From positions 70,556 through 134,555 of the forward strand of contig DAOUJK010000022.1 of assembly GCA_034422795.1 (NCBI GenBank): a stretch of DNA of 64,000 bases, written 5' to 3'. Source of the stretch: Dehalococcoidia bacterium. GTDB lineage: Bacteria; Chloroflexota; Dehalococcoidia; Lucifugimonadales; Australimonadaceae. The notes beneath the pieces were generated by a model. It saw nothing but the letters and a program-made list of their open reading frames with translations, did no database searches and was not told the DNA's origin. Within the stretch, counting starts at the first letter, position 1, and the number at the start of each line of letters is the position of its first letter. This document shows, piece after piece, positions 7,780 to 15,500 of this stretch. Both the position numbers and the translations under genes were made by a program.

Positions 7780-8664
7780 CTATCGCATTGGAGGCTGGGA
7801 TAGCGGTAGTCCTCTAAATGGGTCGTTCTCCCATATATGTTTCACATATTCAAAGAGCCCTTCCACTGGCTTGCGTTCATGGTAGTAGAGGCCACTTAGT
7901 AACTGATCGCCTGCACGGGTGAGTACGATTTTGCCTGCACTGATCTGTTCCCCTCTTCTGAATGGCACAACGAGCTCCCGTCCATGGTAGATGGCATGAA
8001 CACTCCCAATGGGAGGTACAGTCAATAGATAGCCGAACCCCGAATAGTTTATTAGCCCCAGGTCTTCAAGTTGATTGGCGTAGTAGTAGTTCATCCCATG
8101 ATCCGTATAGATTTCGTCTGTGAGGTCAAATACCAGCACGCGATATCCACTTCCACCAATTGCGTCCCAAGCAAAGTCACACAGATTTTGGAACACTTGG
8201 ACATCACTGCTCTCCAGGTTAGCAACCAGATTAACGGTTGCACGGGAGAACGATCCCTGACGGTTGGCTTCGCCAGCGAGAATCCTGGCCCACAGCTGAT
8301 GCATCTGTTCATCTGACACAGTGCTGCACCGCTGAAAGAAGGTGGTGACCCAGTCGTCTTCCATGGTGACGGGGTCGGCATCGTCATTGAGGTGGGGTAG
8401 TGCCAGCGTGACGATGCTTTCGATGTTGCGTTGCTTTGCGACCTCCTCGTGAGCGAGTCGATTGGCAGCTCGTTGCAGCAACCCAGCGACCTCAACATCA
8501 GTATGGGCCTCAGCAACCCTCCGGATATGCTGAGCCTTCGCTTCGGCTTCAGCCATCCGGAGGGTTTGGCTGGGGTCGAAGTGTCGACCGATGGCGTTCG
8601 ACACTTTCTCTATCAGTAGAGTGGCTGGGCGCGACAGGCCAAAGACCTCTAATCCTTCTGCCAC
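7780..8664 (-). CDS. DUF2806-like protein
   Basis: The central segment DDWVTTFFQRCSTVSDEQMHQLWARILAGEANRQGSFSRATVNLVANLESSDVQVFQNLC matches my recollection of the DUF2806 signature. It is convergent with the upstream operon. Confidence 0.5.
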   Translation of the reverse strand: MAEGLEVFGLSRPATLLIEKVSNAIGRHFDPSQTLRMAEAEAKAQHIRRVAEAHTDVEVAGLLQRAANRLAHEEVAKQRNIESIVTLALPHLNDDADPVTMEDDWVTTFFQRCSTVSDEQMHQLWARILAGEANRQGSFSRATVNLVANLESSDVQVFQNLCDFAWDAIGGSGYRVLVFDLTDEIYTDHGMNYYYANQLEDLGLINYSGFGYLLTVPPIGSVHAIYHGRELVVPFRRGEQISAGKIVLTRAGDQLLSGLYYHERKPVEGLFEYVKHIWENDPFRGLPLSQPPMR

Positions 8665-8687
8665 CTGTGGTGCCTCCTAGCACACGG

Positions 8688-8987
8688 TTATTCCGCGTTC
8701 TTGCGCGGTCTGCCGCGCCTGCGTCCATCCGACGACCAGAAGTAGACCGTGGTCCCAGTGCGCCGGAACTCCAGTTTCGTTCCGAGCGCCGTCGCAGCTG
8801 CGTTCAGCCTGCGCCGAATCGCCTGCGTCGTCTCGCCCTCTCCCGCCTCCAGCTTCCCCGCCTCTCCCGCGGTCACCCGCTGGATGTAGCCGACGTACTC
8901 TTGCAGCAGCGCCGCGCGCTTGCCGGTTGCGCTCCGCGCGCGGGCCTCGCCGATCGGTAGTGTGCCGAACGTGGGCATCCTGTCCAC
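8688..8987 (-). CDS. small basic protein with C-terminal AT-hook-like motif
   Basis: 99 aa. Third-codon positions are strongly G/C-biased when read by eye. The C-terminus GRRRGRPRKNAE contains the RGRP AT-hook core. Confidence 0.55.
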   Translation of the reverse strand: MDRMPTFGTLPIGEARARSATGKRAALLQEYVGYIQRVTAGEAGKLEAGEGETTQAIRRRLNAAATALGTKLEFRRTGTTVYFWSSDGRRRGRPRKNAE

Positions 8988-9349
8988 CTCCTGGTGCGTG
9001 CAGCCGCGTGCCGCAGCCGCCTCTGTGGCTGGAGACTATAGCACCCTGAGCCCGCCCACCACCCACGGCGCCGTCGAGCGTGTACCGCTCCCACTTCCGC
9101 CCGCGCCCCCACGTCGTGCACCTTGTCAGCTCCGTGGTCGCCGCCAGGGTGATGTGCTCCCACCGCGTTGTCCCGGCCAGCACGTGGTCCCGCCCACACT
9201 CCCGACATGGGCCCGCCGAAGGCGCTGGACAGCGTGCTCCCTCACGACTCAAGCCATGCCCAGCGCCTCCCCCGAACACCCCAGGCCACCGCGACACGTC
9301 ACCGTCCTCGCCGCCTGAGAGAAGTTCGCCCTCACCCTCCATCCACCGG

Positions 9350-9442
9350 CTGCAAGCTTGTCGTTCTCACTCGTGGGGCTTGTCCGATCACCCCGTCTCC
9401 GGGCCCTGCAAACTTGTAGTTGCCACTCGGGGGGCTTGTTCC
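9350..9442. repeat. two imperfect ~36-nt direct repeats (CTGCAAGCTTGTCGTTCTCACTCGTGGGGCTTGTCC / CTGCAAACTTGTAGTTGCCACTCGGGGGGCTTGTTCC)
   Basis: Read directly at 9350-9385 and 9406-9442, in the non-coding region upstream of the replication-relaxation gene. Confidence 0.8.
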
Positions 9443-9606
9443 GCTTCCCGCCTCCAGCGGTAAACCGGAACTGCTCGCTGCGCCGCTCCCGCGATGGCGC
9501 GGAACGCCGCGCTCGCCCTGCCCACGACCCAGTTCGCCCGTCACCACGTAACTCGTTTCTCTGTACTACCCCCGCACCCCGCGCACCCCTGTTCGCCATG
9601 CGGGCC

Positions 9607-9642
9607 TCGTAAGGGGGGCCTGTGCGCGAGCCCCCCTTACGA
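9607..9642. other. perfect 12-bp stem hairpin (TCGTAAGGGGGG ... CCCCCCTTACGA), 12-nt loop
   Basis: Read directly, about 105 nt upstream of the start at 9748. Confidence 0.85.
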
Positions 9643-9747
9643 GACATGACGTTCCGCGTCGCGGAGCACGCATGCTGATACCCGGCCCCTGCGCCGTGGG
9701 AAGCACGGCGGGAGCCTGACGGACAGCCACCGTGGACGGAGACAAGG

Positions 9748-11397
9748 ATGAATCCGATAGACCGGGAGATACACGCGCTGCGCAGCCTGGCGTCGATGCC
9801 GTTCCTCGACGGTCAGGAGCTGGCCGCCGTCTCGGGCACGCCCCGACGCACCATGCACGATGCGGTGAGTGCCCTGAGGCGCAGGGGGCTCGTCGATGCG
9901 GTGCCGCACGCCATCGACCTGCTGGCCCCCACCCACCGCCTGTACGTGACGCGCAGGGGGCTGGAGCGGCTCTCCGAGTGCGAGGGGGAGAGTGTGCAGC
10001 AAGTCCTCGACCGCTACCCCGTCTCCGCGCACTGGCGGCGCATCCTGCTGGGGCGCCTCGATGCGGTTGCCGTCATCTACCGGCTCGCGCGCAGGATCGC
10101 GGAGGCCGAAGGCCCCTTGCTCCTGTGCTGGCACCGGAGCGCGCCGGTGGACGCGTCGATCACCCTGGACGACGGGCGCGTCGTCGGCATCGTGCGGCAG
10201 GGAGCGACGTCGGACAGGACGGGCTTCTCGAAGCGGGTGTGGCGGCTCCTCGACGGTTCCCAGCCCGGCGCCGTGCTCGTGCTCGCGCCGGACGAGGTGC
10301 GCCTCCGGCATGGCGCCGGGCTGTTCAGGCGCGCGTCGATGCACGTGTTCCTGGCCCTGGAGCGCGATGCCGTCCTCTCCTCACGCGGCGAGCGGATATG
10401 GCGCCTGCCCTCCCTCGACAACGCGGTCGACCTCTGCACGGCCCTCTCGGGCGCTCGGCTCCGCGGGTCCCCGGTGGAGGAGCGGCGGCTGTCGAGGCCG
10501 CTCGTGCCCGCCGATATCCGGATACCCGACGCGCTCCTGACCGTCCCCGACTATCTTCTCCCGGTGGTGCTGAAGCCGGCATTGAAGCGGACGCTGGACG
10601 TGCTGGGCGACTGGCCGTGGCTCATGTCGAAGGATCTGGGCGGGCTGCTGGGGATCTCGAAGGGGCGCACGTCGCAGCTGACGGTCCCGCTGGTGAGCGC
10701 CAGGCTCGTCAGCAGGGTGGAGATGGGAGGGCGGGAGCGGCTGGCGCTGACGGACTGGGGGCTGGCGGTCCTGGCTCGCCGCGACCGCACGTCTGTCGGC
10801 GGGCTGCGGCGGCAGTGGAGCGTCGAGTCGGCCGGGGGAAGGGGTCCGCTCACGTGGCGCAGGGTATCGGGGAGGCGGAGCAGGCTGCTGGCGCGGAACA
10901 TGGCCCACACCGACGCGGTGCACGGATTCCTGGCGCAACTGGCGACGCAGGCGAGGGCCAAAGGGCATCGGGTGGTGCAGATCGACCCGGCGCACCGGGC
11001 GTCGCGGCACTTCCGGCACCGGGGTGAGATGCGGGCGGTGCATCCCGACGCGTTCGGCATGCTGCGGGTGGGCCGCGCGAGGAAGCCCTTCTTCCTGGAG
11101 TGGGAGCACCGGGCGGTGCGTCCCGGCACGATGGCGGCGCGCCTCGCGCCGTATCTCCGCTACTACGCGACGCGCGAGCCCGTCGACGACCACGGGGCGG
11201 AGCCGGTCGTGCTCATGGTCTTCGACGATGCGGCGGTCGAGGCGCGGTTCCTGGTGGTCGCGCGGCGGGAGATGGCGCGCAACCGCGTCCGTCTACCGCT
11301 GTTCGTGTCCCACCGGGGGAGGCTTGAGGCCGTGGGGCCGATGGGGGCGGCGTGGCGCAGGCCCGGCGTGCTGGAGCCGGGGTACGCCTTCGAGTGA
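9748..11397 (+). CDS. replication-relaxation family protein (two wHTH-containing halves)
   Basis: The C-terminal half has a Replic_Relax-like signature: NMAHTDAVHGFLAQL...HPDAFGML...PFFLEWEHR...LAPYLRYY. Two wHTH-like segments are present (LDGQELAAVSGTPRRTMHDAVSALRRRGLV and LMSKDLGGLLGISKGRTSQLTVPLVSARLV). Confidence 0.65.
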   Translation: MNPIDREIHALRSLASMPFLDGQELAAVSGTPRRTMHDAVSALRRRGLVDAVPHAIDLLAPTHRLYVTRRGLERLSECEGESVQQVLDRYPVSAHWRRILLGRLDAVAVIYRLARRIAEAEGPLLLCWHRSAPVDASITLDDGRVVGIVRQGATSDRTGFSKRVWRLLDGSQPGAVLVLAPDEVRLRHGAGLFRRASMHVFLALERDAVLSSRGERIWRLPSLDNAVDLCTALSGARLRGSPVEERRLSRPLVPADIRIPDALLTVPDYLLPVVLKPALKRTLDVLGDWPWLMSKDLGGLLGISKGRTSQLTVPLVSARLVSRVEMGGRERLALTDWGLAVLARRDRTSVGGLRRQWSVESAGGRGPLTWRRVSGRRSRLLARNMAHTDAVHGFLAQLATQARAKGHRVVQIDPAHRASRHFRHRGEMRAVHPDAFGMLRVGRARKPFFLEWEHRAVRPGTMAARLAPYLRYYATREPVDDHGAEPVVLMVFDDAAVEARFLVVARREMARNRVRLPLFVSHRGRLEAVGPMGAAWRRPGVLEPGYAFE

Positions 11398-11428
11398 CCT
11401 TGCTCGGACGAGGAGGGACGCCTGCGCC

Positions 11429-11641
11429 TTACGCGGCTTCATCCATGCCCTGCGTGCCGACATCCTCCCCGTCTGTGCTCCCGTGGCGTCCAGTTTCGGG
11501 TTCCGTGGCGGCGTCCGGCTCTTGGTCGACAAGGCAGCGGCGCGCGATGAGACGGGCCAGTATCCGCAGCCCGTCCAACCGCAACTCCTCCTGCTCCTCC
11601 GTCAGTCTCCGCTTCTTCTGCCGCACGTCTCCGCTCCGCAT
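11429..11641 (-). CDS. hypothetical small protein
   Basis: 70 aa starting MRSGDVRQKKRRLTEEQEELRLDGLRILARLIARR. It has G/C-rich third positions and a clean TAA stop. No family recognised. Confidence 0.3.
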   Translation of the reverse strand: MRSGDVRQKKRRLTEEQEELRLDGLRILARLIARRCLVDQEPDAATEPETGRHGSTDGEDVGTQGMDEAA

Positions 11642-11836
11642 GCATCCGATCCCGGTCGCGCGCCGGTGGTGTTGGTGTATCGCTTGACGAGAACATACGT
11701 TCTTCACGGAGCCGAGTGTATCCACGGGATCCGCGCGAGCACAACGGCCCCGGTGACGCGGCGAGGTGAACGGTCGACCGATCGCTTGCTCGGATGAAAC
11801 CAGAGTTCGCTCAGATCGCGCAGTTGACTGGTCCGG

Positions 11837-12175
11837 TCAGTTCTCCAGCGGGTAAGGCCGGAGCCGCACCTTGGGATCCGGTGCGACCTCCTCCACCCGG
11901 GTGACGGCGACTCCAAAGAGGAACTGCAGCCACGCCACGAGCTGGTCATGCACCGCCTCAAAGGTCTCTCCGGTGAACTCCTTGCCGGTGTCCATCCGGA
12001 TGGCATGGCTGTCGGCATCCACGCGCGCATAGCGCGCCGTCGAGTAGGTCTCCAGGAACACCGCGTCCGGGCTGTGCACCAGCGTCACCACGTAGCCCTC
12101 CATGGGCTGCCTGCCCGGTGACTCCATCAGGTAGGGACCCTGGTACTGCAGCATCGCCTCGACCCGCTTCGCCAT
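11837..12175 (-). CDS. hypothetical protein
   Basis: 112 aa from the internal Met (MAKRVEAMLQYQG...), immediately downstream of the XRE gene on the same strand. Confidence 0.5.
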   Translation of the reverse strand: MAKRVEAMLQYQGPYLMESPGRQPMEGYVVTLVHSPDAVFLETYSTARYARVDADSHAIRMDTGKEFTGETFEAVHDQLVAWLQFLFGVAVTRVEEVAPDPKVRLRPYPLEN

Positions 12176-12211
12176 CAGGTATCCCCCTCGCCCACCCGGT
12201 GCAAGCCGCAC

Positions 12212-12454
12212 CTACGGTTCACGTGCCGTCTCCAGGACGAAGAGGTCGTCGAATGAGGCCGCCAGCGCCTCCAGCAGGCGCCGCCGCGTCTCCGGCCCGG
12301 GTTGGCGCTTCCCGGTCATCAGTTGCGAGAGGTAGCCCGACGAGATGCCTGTCAGGTGTGCCAGTTCGTTCTGGGTCATGTTCAGCCGGTTGAGCCGCTC
12401 CCACACCGCACGGGGCTTGAGTATCGCGACGAGCGGACGACGCCTACCGGACAT
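12212..12454 (-). CDS. XRE-family helix-turn-helix transcriptional regulator
   Basis: NMTQNELAHLTGISSGYLSQLMTGKR is a classic HTH_3 pattern. Start placed at the internal Met (MSGRRRPLV...). Confidence 0.75.
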   Translation of the reverse strand: MSGRRRPLVAILKPRAVWERLNRLNMTQNELAHLTGISSGYLSQLMTGKRQPGPETRRRLLEALAASFDDLFVLETAREP

Positions 12455-12583
12455 ACCCGCCGTCCCTTCCGAGCGGCATGCGGTCCGGGTGTGCGCGGAC
12501 GAATCCGCGCACGCGACGAACGGGTGCGTGTACGCCCCCAAGACGCCCCGAAGGAGTCCACAACGCCGAATAGGGCATCCCGC

Positions 12584-15500
12584 CTACCGCACCACCCGCC
12601 ACACGTACTCCACGTCCCGTATGTCCTCCGCAAGGAACCGCTGGCACAGCGCCAGCTCATCGCCCTCCGGCGTCCGACCGGACGACGTCTGTGCCGCGGC
12701 GATGGCGGCCTCCATCTCGTCCCAGCAGTTGTCCCCGAAGCGCGACTCGAAGCGCCGCCACCCCACGGTGTCGTACACCGCCACGAGCACGAGCCGCCCC
12801 CCAGCAACAACCGGGCGGGAGGTTACGAGGAAGCCGGAGCCGGCGCCGCTGGCGTTCACCGCGCGCAGCCGCACCGAGCCGATAGTCACGCCCGCTATGG
12901 TGTAGGACGTGGTGCCGGGGCCGCTGTTCGGGATGGGGATCCACGTGCTCCCATCGAGCGAATACTCATACCGCACGATGCTGCTGTCGCCTGGGTTGCT
13001 CCACCTCAGCGTGATGCCGCCCTGCCCCGCCGTCACGGTCAGCCCCATGGGGGTCGCAGGGGGCGGCTGCCCGGGGGTGGCGCTGGTCGCCGCAGACGGG
13101 CCCGCGTTGCTGGTGCCGCGCACGGCCCGCAGTTCGATCCTGTAGGTGGTGCCGTTGGTCAGGCCGGTCACGGTGTACGAGGTGGTGGTCGCGCCGCTGC
13201 CGCTGATGTCGGTCCAGTCGGGGCTCCAGCTGCTGCCGCCGTCCGCGCTCACCCGGTACTGGTACTTGCTGATCGCCGAGTTGCCGGGGTTGTTCCAGCG
13301 CAGCGAGGCCTGGGTGTCGCCAGCCGTGGCCCTCAAGCCGGTCGGGGTCGCCGGGGGCGGCACTCCGGCGACGGCGGTGACGCTGGCGGCCGGGCCCGCG
13401 TTGCTGGTGCCGCGCACCGCCCGCAGCTCGATCCTGTAGGTGGTGCCGTTGGTCAGGCCGGTCACGGTATACGAGGTCGTTCCCGCGCCGCTGCCGCTGA
13501 CGTCGGTCCAGTTGGGGCTCCAGTTGGTCCCGCCGTCCGCGCTCACCCGGTACTGGTACTTGGTGATCAAGGAGTCGCCAGGGTTGGTCCAGGTCAGCCT
13601 GACCTGAGTGTCGCCGGCCTGGGCCGACAGGCCGCTCGGGGCCGCCGGGGGCTGCTGTCTGGGAGTGGCGCTGACGTTGGCGCTCGCCGTGCCCGGCGTG
13701 TTGCCCTGATCGATCACCGCGCGCACCTGGAACGTGTAGGCCGTGCCGTTGGTCAGGCTGCCCACGGTGTGCGAGGTCGTGCCTGCGCCGCTGCCGGGGA
13801 TGTCGGTCCAGGCCGGCCAGTTGGTCCCGCCGTCCGTGCTCTGGCGGTACTGGTACTTGCTGATCGCCGTGTTGCCGGGGTTGGTCCAGGTCAGCGTGAC
13901 CTGGCCGTCGCCGGCTGCGGCCTGCAGGCCGGTCGGCGCGGGCGGGCCGGTCTTGGTGTAGCCGTAGATGCCGATCTTCTGCGGATTGTGGGCGGTGCTC
14001 CACGCCGTGACGGCTCGTGCCCTCGTCAGCCCGGCGTCGTGGATGGTGAAGCCTGACGCCGCGCCGGAATCCTCCCCGTTGTCGTCGGTGCGACGGAGAT
14101 CGAACGTCCCGCTACCGCCGCTGGCTGAGTCGAACACGACCCAGTACGTAGTGCCTTCGGTCAGGTCGATGCCGGCGCCGCTGGCCGTGAACGTGTTGCC
14201 CCCGCCGGACAGCGCGGCCGGCTCGGTCAAGTCCGTGCAGGTCGTGCCCGGCACGTGGGAGGAGCCGCTGGAATCGTTGTTACAGACCTTGACACTGTAG
14301 CCGCTCGGCCCGGGAGGGGTTCCCGAGCCACCCGCGCCGAGAATGACGTAGCTCAGCTTGAAGCCCGCATCGTGAGACCCGGTGGTGAAGGCCTGCGCGG
14401 CGTCATTGGTGACGATGTTCGTACCGGCAGCAGTGCCGATGTTCTTGTTGAGGTTCTTGACCAGTTGCCCCGCGGGCGTGGCGCTGACGCTGGCGGCAGC
14501 GCCATTGTCGGTCCCGGCAACGGCCCGCAGCTCGAACGTGTACTTCGTCCCGTTGGTCAGGCTGCTCACGGTGTGGGTGGTGGTGGTCGCGCCGCTGCTC
14601 GGGACGTCGGTCCAGGCCGACCAGGTGCTCCCGCCGTCAGTGCTCTGGCGGATCTGGTACCCGGTGATCGTCGAGTCCGAGGGGTCGGTCCAGTTGAGCA
14701 CGACCTGGCCGTCGCCGCCCTGCGCCGTCAGGCCCTGCGGGGCCGCCGGTCCCGCCGCTGTCTCGGTGCCATACAGGGCGAACCGCGACACGCTGCCGCT
14801 AGGACTTCCGAAGGCGGCCGTGCTGTTGTGGGCCCTGCGCGATGAGCCGTTGGTGATGCTCCAGCCTGTCAGTCCGTCGCTGTCCTCGTGGTAGTTCCCG
14901 GCCCTGCCGAGTCTGAAGGTGCTGGCAGCCTCGCCTTGGTCCCAGACCAGGGCGTAGGTGGTGCTTGCGCTGAGGCTCTCGGGGGTCGTCAGGGTGAAGG
15001 CGTTCAGCCCGGCGGCAAGGGCGGACGGTTTGTTGAAGGTCGCCAGCTTGGCGGCTCCCGACCCGGTCGACCACAGCTCCAGCTCGTACGTGGTCGGCGG
15101 AGTGCCGAGGGTGTCGACTGTGATTACTGCCCGGGTCAGGCTGAAGGATTGGGACCCGGTGGTGAATTGCGTGTGAATGTCCCTGCTGACGTTATCTCCG
15201 AAACTGGCGCTGGCAACGACGTTGCCGACCAGTTTGCGGGCCGAAGAGGCCTTCGGCCCGCCCCGGATGGCCATCATGAGACTCGAACCCAGTGTCTGCC
15301 AAGTCGTGAGGCCTACTCCTCTGACCAGTCTGCCGTTTGCGATGCTCCAGCCGCTGGAAGCGCCGCGGTCCTCGTCGTCTGAACTGGTGGTGCTCAGCTG
15401 CGTTGAGAGATTTACGCTCTGAGTCGAATCGACGTACAGGATGTAGGTGCCTGCGTCCAGGTCGATGCCGCCTGAAGGAGCGGTGAAGGTGTTGCGCCCG

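Noticed and set aside
8677-9342. 221-aa minus-strand ORF with a CRECG...RCTTWG Cys pattern upstream of, and overlapping, the 99-aa gene
   Set aside because: It would overlap the better-supported 8688-8987 gene by ~300 nt in another frame. Its composition is Gly/Arg-rich and its third-position bias is weaker by eye. A short genuine Zn-ribbon gene in 9000-9340 cannot be excluded.
9732-11193. 431-aa plus-strand and 270-aa minus-strand ORFs overlapping the replication-relaxation gene
   Set aside because: They are alternative-frame or antisense shadows with Arg/Pro/Gly-rich composition. Only the 9748-11397 frame gives recognisable wHTH and Replic_Relax motifs.
12302-14056. 584-aa plus-strand ORF, and many others in 12.3-17.0 kb, opposite the FN3 gene
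   Set aside because: They are Arg/Gly/Ala/Pro-rich, low-complexity translations antisense to a gene with clear domain structure. These are typical high-GC shadow ORFs.
13000-14900. Regularly spaced repeats that might suggest a CRISPR-like array
   Set aside because: The period is ~294 nt with no short unique spacers. The repeats are in-frame FN3 domain units of a coding gene.
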